A stretch of 64,000 nt of DNA from Octopus bimaculoides. Its lineage: Eukaryota. The stretch covers positions 130,409,576-130,473,575 of the forward strand of contig NC_068984.1 of assembly GCF_001194135.2 (NCBI RefSeq), given 5' to 3'. A program made the translations under genes and the position numbers. Positions 1 to 13,502 of the stretch are shown in pieces. The notes under the pieces are model-generated. The model saw only the letters and a list, made by a program, of their open reading frames with translations. It was not told the origin of the DNA and ran no database searches. Position 1 is the first letter of the stretch. Each line of letters begins with the position of its first letter.

Positions 1-370
1 TTATAGATATTTAAAAAATTTTCTAGTGGAACTTGATAATGTTTGAGAACTGCATACTACTCTTCAAACAATTAGATCCAGATATTAATGCTTCTTTAAA
101 CAAGTCTATATATGAAGAGCTTACTTTCAAAACCAGATATATGCATCAGAATCACTTTTGAGTAATTGAGGAAACAACAACTTGAATATATCTGATATTG
201 ATTAGAAGACTAAGATTTGTCTACGGTCTATATGGCATCTATCCCAGTTTGACCGAAAAAAATTTCTCATGCATGAAGCCAGCTTGCAGATTGTATTTTA
301 ATGGTTATCATGAAATCGACCAAATATGCACTTACACTGATTTTGAAAGTAAGCTCGTCTTATAGTGAAC
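1..370 (+). mobile_element. Possible very decayed Penelope-like RT fragment
   Basis: Broken frames give ELHTTLQ/QLDPDINA and IYPSLTEK, loosely like PLE RT; many stops. Confidence 0.25.
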
Positions 371-1627
371 CGTCTTCAAACTGAATTAATAGCTAGGGGT
401 TTAGTAGTGTTTTCGTTGATTATCTGAGTTTATTGATGATAGGAGTTAATGTTACATACATATAAGAAATACATAAGCTGTATGCTAAACAAAATAAACA
501 CTAACAAAATTTCAGAAAACACAGGCATCAGACCAGTTCTTGGACAAACTCGGGGCAGACCTTGGAGGTAGAGGGGAAATAACTGAAAAGGTGGCAAACA
601 ACAACAAAAGAACTGTGACTAACAAACAACAAATTGATTGCTTAACCAGTGCAATTAAACAAATGATCAATTAGTTAGTTGGTTTGACATTTAAACCAAT
701 TGACTAACGAAGAAGTAATGCTGAACTAATGTGTATGTCATTGGCATAATGACCCTCCCGAGACACAAAATTTGTTTCAACACACAAATTCACACCAAGA
801 ATTTTACAAACCAAATACAAAAACGAAATAAAAATGCTTTATAAAGCTAAAATAGATTTCATGAGGTGAGCTCGATTTGATGGATGGTGGTAGAGGTGAT
901 GGTTGTTATTACTAGTTAGTTGAGCTATAATGCTCCACTGTTCTTTACTTCTCACATGTGAGGTGACTGAGGAAGGACTGAACTTGAAATAGCATCAGGT
1001 GAATCGTGAGTATCAATGACAAGGCTTAACAGGTGTAGTGAAGTTCTGATAGATAAATTGTCTTGAAGAATGAATTAGGTTTCAGTTGTTTACCATACTG
1101 TGTTGCTTCTAAATAGTGTATTCATTCTAGGTCCTAAAATATTGAGAACTAAAAATCAGTTTCTGTCAACAAGTCAATATACAATGCTGGATGCTCCTCG
1201 TATTGACAGCCCTCACCTTTTTCCAAGCCAGGTAAAATTTCACTTTGGGAAACAAGGAAACTAATAACCTTTTTTGATAATGATGGTAGTGGTGGTACTT
1301 ATGTATCATCATCTCGTGATGTCAAGGCAATGGTATGCACATTTGCTCCCCCCCCACTTATATATATATATATAGTCAGATGTTATGCAGCATGCTTCAT
1401 GCGTGTGTATATTCATCTGTTTCCTTTGATGCCTGTTTTTCCATGTTAACTGGGTTTAGACAGGAAATTGTGGATGGAGCCTTGCTTGTGGGTAATTTGT
1501 TGACAGATGTAAACAACCATCACCTGGCACTGTTCAAGCAGAAATGCTGACATCACTATATGCCTAGCATATTATCCCAAACATTCATAACATTTTTTTT
1601 TTCTTATTTTTCTTTCTGTCCCTACAC

Positions 1628-1713
1628 CTCCTCTTAGTTCATTAATCCGATTCTTATCTTTCAGCTCTCCTCTTAGTTCATTAATCTGATTCTTATCTTT
1701 CAGCTCTCCTCTC
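1628..1713. repeat. 39-bp tandem duplication (x2.2)
   Basis: ctcctcttagttcattaatc(c/t)gattcttatctttcagct repeated head to tail. Confidence 0.9.
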
Positions 1714-2014
1714 ACCTCTAATTTTCCATCTCATCTTCACCTATTTTTCATTTCTTTCCTTCTCTCTCCTACAACTTGTGTTCCCCATCAGTTGCAGCCT
1801 GTTTCTCTAACAGATTCTAAGACTCTGTTGTTTTTCTTTTGCGCACACACACACACACACACCTATATACTTACATATATACATGTATACATGTGTATGT
1901 AAGCCAATGTATATATGAATCTTTAACTTGTTCAAATCATTGGACTGAAGCCATACTGAGGCACAGCCTTGAAGGGTTTTAGCTGAACAAATCAACCCTA
2001 GTCTTCTCCCACTC

Positions 2015-2245
2015 TTGTTTTAATTTTCTTTTTGACACATGATACATATTCTATCAGTCTCTTAGCTGATACACTAAGTTTAGGGGATGTAAACAAACCA
2101 ACACTGGTTGTCAAACAGTGTGGGGGACAAACACAAAGATATGCATATGCAATGGACTTTTTTCATCTTCCAGATTTACTCAAGGCTTTAGTTGGCTCAG
2201 GGTTATGTGGTTAGGAACCAAACTTTTTACCACACAGCCACATCT
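2015..2245 (-). mobile_element. Decayed tRNA/CORE-type SINE (family A)
   Basis: Reverse complement resembles the head and tail of the fuller copy at 60725-61115. Confidence 0.55.
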
Positions 2246-2734
2246 GCACCTATATGCTTATAAAGACAAATGCATACACATTTCATATGGATAAACATGT
2301 GAAAAAATATATTTGTGGTGCAAGAATGGATGTTTATTTATAAAGATTCTTTTGGAACTACCCAGTTTCAGGTTAATATCACTATGCTACATCTTTGCAA
2401 TTTGTCAGTTTGTATAGCCCTGCCCTAACCAGTGCCTTCTGAGTGAATTTGAGAGATGGAAACTGAAAAAATCTGGTGTGTCTGTGTGTGTGTAATCTCT
2501 GCTTAAATGCTGATGTTGATATTTTTTGTTGATGGTATAGTTATGTGTATTTGAAGAATTGTGAAATAAAGGATTCTTCTACTTGATACATGGAGAAGGG
2601 CTGGCAATAGGAAGAGCTTTTGGCTGTAAAAGCTTGTCTCCACTAAATCTCCATCCAAATGCATGCTGGCATGGAAAAACAAACACCAAATAAGTAAAAG
2701 TGTGTGTGTGTAAATATATTTTATACATACACTG

Positions 2735-2950
2735 GTGCAGGTATGGTCATGTGCTTAAGGAGCTTGCTTCCCAACCATGTGGTCTCTGGTCCAGGCTCAC
2801 TGTGCGGTCTTTTGGGCAAGTGTCTTCTATTATAGACTTGGGATGATCAAAACATTGTGACAGGATTTGGTTGACAAGAACTAGAAGAATTGTCTGTATG
2901 TGTCTTGTTTTGACATTGTGTGATGGTTGCAAATGATCATCATTGTTACA
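2735..2950 (+). mobile_element. tRNA/CORE-type SINE (family A), 5' part
   Basis: gtgcagg...agcttgcttcccaaccatgtgg...tttgggcaagtgtcttctattatag, shared with 60725-61115. Confidence 0.7.
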
Positions 2951-3479
2951 TAAGCAATATTGTTCAGTTCTAGTCTTCTTTGAAAAACATGTCTAGCCAT
3001 AAGGAAATACTACCTGGAAACAGATAAGGGTTGGTGACAAGAATTGCATGCAACTGTAGAAAACCTGCTTCAACAAAATTTTGTCTTGACCCATGCAAGC
3101 ATGGAGTGAACATTAGACAGTAATGATGACATATATACGTACGTACATACATACATACATACATACATAAATAGATATATATATATATATATAATAAAAC
3201 TACACGTGTATGTGCATATATATATATATGTTCATGTACATATGTGTAATGTTTAGTGTTTTAAGTGTGGTATTGGAAGCATCAACAGTTTACATTAGGT
3301 ATTATAGAATTGACTTGGAAAACTTGATGTAGAATTCAAAGCGATGTGCTGAACTTGAGTAATAATACATGTTCTTGTATAGTTTTGAAACTGATCATAT
3401 TTTTGATGTAATACTTGATTAAAATCATTCTGCACTTTCTCATCTTGTTTGTGTAATATAGTATATCTTTTGGAAGACA

Positions 3480-4900
3480 AACTGATTGCAGTTCAGATAT
3501 TTTAAATGTAAAGATCAGTGTATTTGTGCTGTTTCACAATAATGTAAATGCTATGATGGTTTTATTTTTCGTCTCTGAATGTACCATTTACTTTGGTACT
3601 TGTTGATGATCAATATCTGAGCATTTTATTGTGAATTTCCAAGGATTAGCTTAGCTGTGCAGTTAAGAAGTTCACTTTGCAATTATGTAGTTTTAGCTTT
3701 GTTTCCACTGCTACTCTTGACATAGATGTCTTCTGTAGCCCCAGTTTGACCAATGCTATGTGAGTGAATTTGGCAGACAAACTGTTGTTTGTCCTTTCTT
3801 GTTTGACATTATGTACTGTTTGTGACCAAACATCATTATTATGCAAAAAAAGTATTCCTGGATGAGTGTTTCATAATTTGCAACAGAAATAAGGAAGAGC
3901 TTATAAGGATTCCTTAGATTAATCAAGGCATTTATGAATTAATTCAAGTGACAATGGAAGTAAATGAATTGGAACTTCCTTTCTTGGACATTTTGGTTAT
4001 AAAGGAAAATGAGAGTATTGCAACTAATCTCTGCTGCAAAGGCATGAGCTGCAAATATATGAACACACTCCAATACTTAGACCTTAGATTTTGCCATCCA
4101 TCCCATATTGAAAGAAATATCCCATTTAATTTGGTAAAATGTACATGTGTAATAGTTACAGACACAGATGAAATATGACTGGAAGAGCCAAAAATATTCT
4201 TCTGGACACCTGAAAAACTTACTAAATAATGTCATAGCAAATACCCCTTACTTGCAGACAGACTGGAATTTGTTTGAAGGGGAAGACATAAATAAAAATA
4301 TTCCATTTGTAGTCAGCCATAATTCCAAAAGCTACATAGTCTTGCATTCAGCCAAATGATATCTTCCATTTTGACACCAATCTTCAAATCTAAGAAAAAT
4401 AGTTACAAATTATTTGCAACAAACACAACCACCAAATCTTGAAAGACTCTTAACAAAGGTGAAATTTACATATATTTATTATTGTGAAAGATAGTTAAAT
4501 TCTTATGAGATATGGAACAGTGATCTCAAATGACTAAATGGTAAATTTATTGACAAAGAAAAATTCCACCTCATAAAGATACTTGTGAAAACAGCACCAA
4601 AAAAAAAAAAAAAAAAATCAAGTAATATAGAAGTGGGAGAGAAGATAATGAAACCAGGGCTTTAGAGAATATCGAAGCAAACTGTAGTCTTCTATAAATT
4701 TCCTGGAGAATCATCCACAGTGCATTAGAAATTTGGGACAGAATGAAAGAACAAAACTTAGAATGCTTACTGACAAGACGCACATACTTTCTTGTATTCC
4801 AAATAAACTAATTTGGTTTCATTCCTTAACTCAACCTGCAGCAGAAGACCATGAATATGTCTTAATTTTTAGTTTTCCATGGTCGTAGCTTAATGTTGGT
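3480..4900 (+). mobile_element. Degenerate Penelope-like retroelement (RT C-terminal half to 3' end)
   Basis: FLDECFII at 3855-3878 (decayed YxDD motif), then TMEVNELELPFLDILVIK...LQYLDLRFCHPSHIERNIPFNL, typical of PLE RT. Frameshifts and stops throughout. Confidence 0.8.
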
Positions 4901-6849
4901 GGGAGGGTACTTTCAAAGAGAATTTTCCTAATACCTGCAATGACAAATCCAATGTGGATTTTGCCAGATTATGAAACTAACAATTAAGGGGAGAGTGGCA
5001 GCCCAAGTCACGGAACTAAGAAATAAGGAAACAAATGCACCCTGTTTTGTTCTTTCTCATCACAATCTAACAGAAGATATATGACCAGCAATAAAACAAT
5101 TGGCTGTGTGAAACAAGCCAAGGGTGATAAATGCTTGCTCATTAGCATTAATTTCTGTATGGAATGTGTTAATTATTGTGGTTAATCAATTGTTGGAATA
5201 TGGATTATAGACTGGTTATAGATTGTTTTATCTCCCTGATTCATTGTTTTCAATTGAAGTGCTCTCATCCAACCAAAACAGAACAGCTCTTTATAAGGTG
5301 TGACTGAATGAAAGAATAGTGGAGACTTCATGAATTATTTGTTAGTTTAAAAAAATCATCTGTTGATGGAGGGTATACTTATACAAAACAATACATTCTA
5401 CTTATATTTTTCTATTATGCAGACCTAGAGGCCTCAATGGTTTCGCTAGAGAAGTAGAAGTGTTCAAATCCTATGGACTTAGTTGTGTATAATGTGGTTT
5501 AAACTGTCTTTGTCATATAATCTGTTTATGCTTGATGTTACATTGAATAAATGTTTGTTGTTTTCCCGCCGTGCTTTGGTCTCTCAACTCCTTGATGGAG
5601 TGATAGGGTGCTGCCATTCTAATATACAATGTTTTAGGCATTTTTAGTCCCAGTGGAGCCTATTCCCCTCCAGGTCTGACCACAGCCACCTCAGACACAA
5701 AAAGAATAAGGGAGTGAAAAAGAAGAACCAACTCCAGTACATGACTGGTACTTTATTATCAGCCCTGAAAGGCAAAGTTGATTTTAGTGGGATTTGGAAC
5801 TCTGTGCATAGAGAGCCAGTGTGATAACTTCAAAGCAGTCTATCCACTGCCATCTGACTGCCTTAAATGTGAGGATGAATAAAAAGAGGTCTTTCTAGAG
5901 AATTTGAAAATAAGAAACTAAAACAATAAGACAAAAACCTTGTCATTAGTTAACATTCTTTATATGTGGTATAATCACAAATTACTGCCATGGTTCAACC
6001 CTCAGTCAACCCTGATCAAGCAGATCTATAATCACCAAATTCATTATATCTTTCCTTTTTGAAGTTCAAGCAACCTCATTGAAAATTCCCAATTGGTTTG
6101 CCCAACAATTGGCAAATTCTACCTAACAGTTATGATTTATACATGAGGAATAGGGGATTGACTAAATGAACTCTCTAAACCTTATGGCAGCCTCATTAGG
6201 AAAAGAAAATCCTAAATCAGAAATTTCCAAAGACTAATTTACATTAACCAGTCAGAATAGAAAGAAAGTAACAATTTAGGGAATGTTCTCCATGAAAAAC
6301 CAATTCCTTTTTACTGGGCCAGTCAAAATATTTGTAATTCACAATTATGAGAGCTAACACTGTAAAATTGAGTACTTTATGATACATTATGACTGGTTTT
6401 TAGTAAATTGATGGTGAGTGGGGGTTCCAGGCTTACCTGTGTAAACATGGCAATTTGAATGGAAAATGTTGGTTAAGCTCTATATCTGTTTCCCCCCAAA
6501 GATGCATTCTTTGATTCTCGTCTGTACATTGTTACATATTTTCCTATAAAATGTTAATAGACATGTGCATGCCAGAAGTGTCATTGTTACATGCACATGT
6601 CTCCATTTAACATTTTCCTATAAACCTTGATGTATACATATAGATTTACTCATTCACTTCATATATAATTCTTATTCTTGTTTTACCTGTTTTAATTGAC
6701 TTTATTTGATTTTAGTTGAATGTTTATAAATTATCATAGATCTTTCAGTGGGTGTAATTCTTTTGGTTTTAGTTATGATTGTGTATAAGATGGTGACACC
6801 ATTTAAAAAAAAATCTTTTATGCAAAGTATTCATTTGTTAGTTCTGTTA

Positions 6850-7155
6850 GGCACAAGTATGGCTGTGATTAGAAGCTTGCTTCCCAAGCACACATCTTCA
6901 CGTTCAGGCCCAGGCCAACAAATACTTGTGAGTGGGTTTGGTAAGGGAGACTGAAACAAGCACATTGTGTGTATGACTGTTTGCTTGCCTTCACTTCATG
7001 TGATAGTTATAAATGAATGTCACCAACATGCAAGTGGTGTCCTTCATTTCCAATTTTCCACGGAAACAGTAGGGTATTTGTTGGTAATGAGGTGACGTCC
7101 ATCTGTAGCAAATTTGCCTTGACAGATGCCATCCAACCCATATAAGTTTGGAAAA
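6850..7155 (+). mobile_element. Decayed SINE family A with RTE-like tail
   Basis: gtatggctgtg...agcttgcttccc...gtgagtgggtttggtaagggagactgaaac, similar to other copies. Confidence 0.6.
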
Positions 7156-7791
7156 GTGGGTGTTAAATGATAATGGTGGTGTTAATCACAGACATGTCTT
7201 CAACAGTATTTCTGATTTCTTAGGGGTGATTTAAGTTTAATTGAATAATGCAGGATGCAATAAAGATTTCAAACATGTCTGCTGTACATATTGAACATTC
7301 CAATGTTAATTAGTTTATCTATAGTTTAATTTTGTTTTTCCAAAAGGAACAGTAGCACTTTTTGTCTAAATCTTAAAGTTAAATGATGAATACTGAATTA
7401 ATGGTATTTTTTTAAAGTTATAGTTATCTCGATAGGTGTTATTTACCATCAACACCTAATTGTGTTTTGTTGTCTAAATAGTAACATGAACAGTTTATTT
7501 TTTTAAAAAACCTGTAATAATAAATAATTTATTTGATGGCTTGTAAGATGCACCTCCTTTTTTTTAACCATCAAAAATATCTCTTACACTAATTTTGTTC
7601 CTGGTGTTTAACATACACTGCGGAAATTAGGATGCACCTGATATGCTGTCAAATATGGTATATTGCTGCTATTTCTATTCATTCATAGTGTGGGCTATTT
7701 ATACGTAGTTGGTTTAGAAATTAGTTTCATGTGTGAAATATGCTGTTTTAGCATTGTTGCTTCTCTAAAATTTTATGTTATCTTTTTTCAG

Positions 7792-7980
7792 TTTCATGCC
7801 ATGGATACTTTACATAGAAGTGGCTATGACATAGCGAAAGCTGTTACGAGTTTGGTACCACAAGGTGGTCCTGTACTGTGTCGGGATGAAATGGAAGAAT
7901 GGTCTGCATCTGAAGCTAATCTATTTGAAGAAGCACTAGATAAATATGGCAAAGACTTCAATGATATAAGGCAAGATTTT
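7792..7980 (+). CDS. MTA1: MTA1-like exon (first in window): ELM2 end and SANT start, [18 protein letters not shown]...[29 protein letters not shown]
   Basis: Pyrimidine tract + AG at 7790-7791, GTAAGT donor at 7981, 189 nt phase 0-0. The peptide is recognisably MTA family ([24 protein letters not shown]). Confidence 0.97.
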
Positions 7981-9556
7981 GTAAGTATTCCTTTTTCTTG
8001 TTTTTCATTCTATAATTCTATATTATTACGATATATTTTATGCTCACTTGATGGGGTGATATTTTGTTGGTTTGGTTTTTTTAAGAGCTGAAGTTAGGAC
8101 GTTGGTCGCCAAACAAGCTGAGTATAATGCAGTAGTTTTGATATATAATAGATTTTATAATTGACCAGTATTCTAGTACCTTTAAATCACACTATCATGT
8201 ATAATTATATATACTTTCTTGAAGATCTTATATCTAATATGCTATCATGAACACTTTGTTTTTATTTTGTAGTTTATTTCATGATCATCCTTGTTTAATG
8301 TCTGCCTTCCATGCTGGCATTTTAAAAATTATTATGGCTTTACATACATTTTGTCATTCATGATATGGTTTTAGAAATTTAAGTTTTTCGAAATATGCAG
8401 TGTTTCATATCATTACACATTGCCTAGACTCATTAGTTTTTGACTGAGCTGTTTGGTGTGAGTTGTAGCAAGGCAGTCTCTAATTTGTAATTCAGTTAAT
8501 TTATTTGTGGGGAAAACAGGAATGCCATGACATTTATTGAGGGGCTAGCACTTTATCGTTAGATCATGTGATGCCTTGCAGTAAATATGAGAACATTCAC
8601 TGTATCATAGTCCAACACAGCTTGTCCTGTTGCTCTAAATTATCAAACTTTGACAATTGATTAATATATAATTGTATTAACATTTCGGATTTTAAGGTAG
8701 TGTATTTGGTATAAAGATTAGACTTGTATAACTGAAGCAGAATGTTAAAACAAAAATGTTATAGAAATACAATACATTCATTAATATAAACTGGTGTTTG
8801 TATGTTTGCTCTCTGCTTAGATGATGTTTACATTACACTAAAACTGTAAAATGAATGTTTTTTTGTAATGGTAATGTTTGGGCAATATTTTAGCTATTTC
8901 CTTCTGACAAGGGTAAAAATTTGACTTGGCATGTATTTTTTATAGCTGCCTTTTCAGTAACTATCTTTTCAAGTGTGTGTGTGTGTTTTTTGTGGGGGGG
9001 GGGGGAATAAAAATATCCCATTTTGAATATTGTAGAAAGAACTTTCTCCAATGAGCATTTTGGGACAGTCTCAATCTGTTCTTAAATTCCTTTCATTTGG
9101 TAAACTCTTTTGTGTTTGGATAGAATGTCTTGCAGTTTTCATTTTGGTTCTCTGCTGTGAATTGAAACATTTCTGATGTCAACTTTTCTTGCCGTCCCTT
9201 TGAGTCTCAAATTATCAGATCCAATTCTCTCCTTCCCCCCACTTCTCCTGTAATTCAAAAGCCAGTCCATGTTACATTGAGTCCTGCTGATTTGACTGGG
9301 AAATCGCTTTCAAGACACATGTAACTTGATTATTCATCCTATTACATGCTAATTTCACAAGACCAATTAAGGGCCCACCATAAACTAATGGAGAATCCAC
9401 TTCTACTGTGACATTTTTTAAAAGTTAAACAGTTGTGCATCAAGGTTGTACAACATAACAACATACATATATTAATGGTTTTTATTCATATAGTATCCTG
9501 AGAGATTTCTTGTTTGTGTTCTAAAATTACATAATCTTTTTTTTTTTCTTTTCAAG

Positions 9557-9631
9557 CTGCCTTGGAAGTCATTAAAAAGTATCATTGAATATTATTATAT
9601 GTGGAAAACAACAGACAGATATGTACAGCAA
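9557..9631 (+). CDS. MTA1: MTA1-like exon: SANT helix 3, [25 protein letters not shown]
   Basis: ttttcaag acceptor, GTAAGT donor at 9632, 75 nt phase 0-0, continues the MTA consensus. Confidence 0.97.
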
Positions 9632-9963
9632 GTAAGTATGCACATGTATTTTTTTTTTTTATAATAGTTTCTGTTACCATCTATAAAGGTTGTAAAAATT
9701 ATTTATAGTGAAATGTGAAACTGAAAGTTGATAATGTGGAATTTTCTTCAATATGTATTTGGGAGAAAGCGATAGATAAGAATCCAGGAAATTAGACTTA
9801 AATTGTGTAGCATGAGAAGTTGTTACTTTTCCAAAAATCTTGTTCTATTCTAATGTCTATGCGGAGAGAATTAATGAGTAGAATTGAGTAAGTTACAGAT
9901 TCAATTTTTTGGATCCTGTTGGTAGAAAAAAATATCCTTAAGATATTATATTTTCTTTTACAG

Positions 9964-10022
9964 AAAAGAATAAAAGCTGCTGAAGCTGAAAGTAAGCTAA
10001 AGCAGGTTTACATTCCCAACTA
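9964..10022 (+). CDS. MTA1: MTA1-like exon KRIKAAEAESKLKQVYIPN(Y)
   Basis: tttacag acceptor, GTAAGT donor at 10023, phase 0-2; MTA motif AAEAESKLKQVYIP. Confidence 0.97.
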
Positions 10023-11583
10023 GTAAGTACTATTATGTTGCTTTTCTTTCTTTTTTTTTTTCCTCTTTACCAAAATTCCTAGCACTGATTATTTTAATTG
10101 CTTTGGCTATTAGTTCCCCCACTCCACCCTTTTCTCTGTTTCTTTGTCTTGAAAAATATATAATCACATATAATCTCCCACTTTGTGTAGAATATATCAA
10201 TATTTGCTACAATTGCTTTTTCCTAATTTAAAGTTATTGAATATTTATAAATATAGTTCAGACTTATGGTACAACTAGGCCTTTTTAAAATTTGATTGGT
10301 GCAACCTTCTGGCTTGCCAGTCCTCAGTCAAATCGTCCAACTCATGCTAGCATGGAAAGCAGGCATTAAACAATGATGATGATTGCCAAGTTAATGTAAT
10401 TATCGTTTTATGTCCACTTTTCCATGTTGATGGGGGTTGGATGGGTTGTCACAGGCCAATTAACTTCAGTTATTACCGTCTTAGATAGGCTAAGGATCAC
10501 ATCTTGCTGATACATTCCATTCTTGGATTGCTTTCTATGACAGGATACCTTTCCTATTGCCAGCCACTTTACAGTGTGTACTAAGTGCATTTTATCATGG
10601 CATCAGCACTAGAGAGATTGTCTTGTTCCTTAGTAGAATCCTTTCCACATTGCCTCTGCTCATTTGCCAACCCAGTGAGATGCATTTTGCAAATTTTGAT
10701 TGTTTTTACAGATCATTTAACCATCTCACCACTATAAAGCAGAGTAACTTTTATTACCTTGATATTTTTAGTAAATTCTATACAGCTTATTCGGTGTTGG
10801 TAGTTTGTATCTTTCTAAAAATTAGATAGTGACTCTAATAGATCGTGGCCTATTCTTCTTCTTCCATTCAGTTCTTTTTTTTCTTCTTTTTTTTTTTAGA
10901 TGATTTGTTTTTGTCAGATTTGATGGCATGTTGAAATTTAATAAAAGGAATATGTTTTTCTTTTATGTTATCTTTATTTACTACTGAGTGTTCTAACATA
11001 ATTGAGGTATGTGACATGATAGCCTCCATGTGGTTTAGTTCATTCTCTCCATGCCATGTGGTTATGTTAGAATAGCAGTGAAATGTCTTTTAAAAGCATA
11101 CTCCATCTTTAAACATGTACACAATAGATGATATGGTTTGGTTTATACAATTACCAAAATAAATATAAGATGGGATGGTCATGGCCAGAACACCTGTAAC
11201 TACATGTTTGCTCAATCATAGTTGATGAACAATACAAATAAAAATTAAAAAATTAAGTGTAAATGGAGAATTAACTTGTCACACATTGATTTTTCACCTG
11301 AATGACTGCAGCCTACTAAATTGTGTTTACGGGGCAATTATTATTAACAGCAAAGTTTGGGGTATAGCTGTATCGAGCCAAAGATGTTTGATTTTGTAAA
11401 GCCATTGTCTCCAGTTTCTATGAAATTGTCAGTTTTAAAATACTTGCAAAACAGTATAGGACTAGATATTATAACAAGGTGGAATGTTTTTTTTTTTCCC
11501 CCCCTACCAGTTTAGAAATTTATTTGGTTTATAGTCTAGCATGATAAATGACTTGGTTATTAATTTTTGTTCCTTTATTACAG

Positions 11584-11786
11584 TAACAAACCCAATCCAG
11601 CAGCCATTAGTGGGAAAGTGAATGGTGTCGACGGTCAAGTTTCTGGACGAGCTTGTGAAAGCTGTTATGCTGCCAATTCCAGTCAGTGGTATTCATGGGG
11701 ACCTGCACATATGCAGTGCCGTCTCTGTTCCTCTTGTTGGATTTACTGGAAAAAGTATGGTGGTCTTAAAATGCCTACTAGGTTAG
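11584..11786 (+). CDS. MTA1: MTA1-like exon: GATA-type zinc finger (RACESCY...[34 protein letters not shown])
   Basis: ttacag acceptor, GTAGGT donor at 11787, 203 nt phase 2-1; CxxC...CxxC and [10 protein letters not shown] motifs. Confidence 0.96.
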
Positions 11787-12267
11787 GTAGGTGCCTCATT
11801 GTTTTTCCTGTCTCCCTAACCCTATACAAAATGAATGTGGCTTGGAATATGTTTTCCTGTCACACCTTTCCATCAGCACAGTATGATTAATGTTTTCTTT
11901 ATATAAATATGAGATTATGGCTCTAATTACCTTTCAAACGTAGCTTCATAAATTTGATATCAGTCTCTATGTGTTTAGTTAATTTCCTACATCATAAAAC
12001 TAGTCTCTCTTACATGACATCATTTAGTGGAAGTGGACAGAAAATTTGATACTATTTTTGCTTACTTAATTTTAGTAATAATGCTAACTCTGGATCAATG
12101 CTGTGGTCATTCTTGACAGTTTTGAATATTTATTCTGTCTGGTGAGAGCAACTTGTAGAGGTGCTTCTGTGATTTGTCACAATTTAAAAGAACTTCTATG
12201 AATGTGTTTTGATCTACCTAAAGCATTTTTATTAATGAAGTTTCTCAATCAGAAATGTATCTGTATC

Positions 12268-12525
12268 CTTTACTTATTTCAATCATTGGACTGCAGCCAT
12301 GCTGGGGCACCACATTGAAGGATTTTAGTCGAACAGATTGACCCCCAGTACTTAATATTTTTGAGTTTGATACTTATTCTATCAGTCCCTTTTGCCAAAC
12401 CACTATGTTTCAAGGCATTAGTTGGCCTGCAGCTTTAGTTGAAGACTTGCCTGAAGTGCTGCACTATGGAACTGAACCCAAACCCATGTGGTTGCAAAGC
12501 CATGCTTGTACCTACATCTCAGTTT
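12268..12525 (-). mobile_element. SINE family A, reverse copy
   Basis: Reverse complement matches the 3' half of 60725-61115. Confidence 0.7.
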
Positions 12526-13454
12526 GCCACTGAGCACTTAAATGCAAACTTATTTTGCATACATTTCTGCATGATGGCCATGACAATATGCCACACAACG
12601 TACAGTCAACATCAACTGCTGTTTAACTGACAACCCTGTCAATGACTTTGATAGATTTATCAAAGTAAAACCAATCAAATAATATTAACTGAACTTGTCA
12701 AAAGACATAGCTTAGTTTGTTAACTCAAGCATATAGACTTTTGATTCCCTTCATTTATTTCTCTTACATTTCCTCTCAGTGTAAGTTACAAGAATATGGA
12801 TCATTAGAGAAAAGAAAAAAAAAACCTCAAACACAGAGAATAAAAAGTTTAATTACCTTTCCTTTATAAAGCAAATTATTATCTTTCTTCTATATTTTAA
12901 TGGAAATAGTTGCTGAACTTAAAAAAGACACTCAAAATTAAGTTTCCATAATTTTTCTTTGGAATATGAAAATTTTGGAAATTAAAATTGGAGACAGAAA
13001 ACTATTTTGAAAATTTCTTGTATAAACCTCAGGTAATTTCTTGAGCAAAAATACTAAATGTTTAGCAATGATGTGGGGGTGGAAATTTACTTACCAAGTT
13101 ATCAATTTTCTCCAAGCTAAACCTATCGTCTACTGTTTTAAATTGTTTAAAAGTTTTCTTCTTTTAAACACTTATTCTTCATTTCCTTTTTCGTTAATTG
13201 CATGTGTACAGTTTTATTTCTCTTCATATATGTTTTAATGTTATTTTTGGCTTCTGTGAAGTGTTGCTATATTATAACCCTGACACTCGTGGCCAAGCAT
13301 GTTATTGTGCATGATCTGGTATAAATGACAAAATTTGTGGAAAGGAATCCTCAATAAAACCCAAGTAGCAACTTAGAAATGTTTATATTTTCTGTTTGTA
13401 GATTAATTTATTTTGATAGGCATATTTTAATATATTTTGTATTATGTACCTCAG

Positions 13455-13502
13455 ATCACAGGATTGAAAAATCAGAGGCTGACAGGATAGATCCTATGAG
13501 AG
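13455..13502 (+). CDS. MTA1: MTA1-like small symmetric exon (D)HRIEKSEADRIDPMR
   Basis: cctcag acceptor, GTGAAA donor at 13503, 48 nt phase 1-1. It restores the PTRL-D junction seen in vertebrate MTA1. Confidence 0.7.

Noticed and set aside
1-7791. Upstream MTA1 exons (BAH, ELM2, ...SAAAASRDITL)
   Set aside because: I found no matching frame with splice sites; they probably lie before the window.
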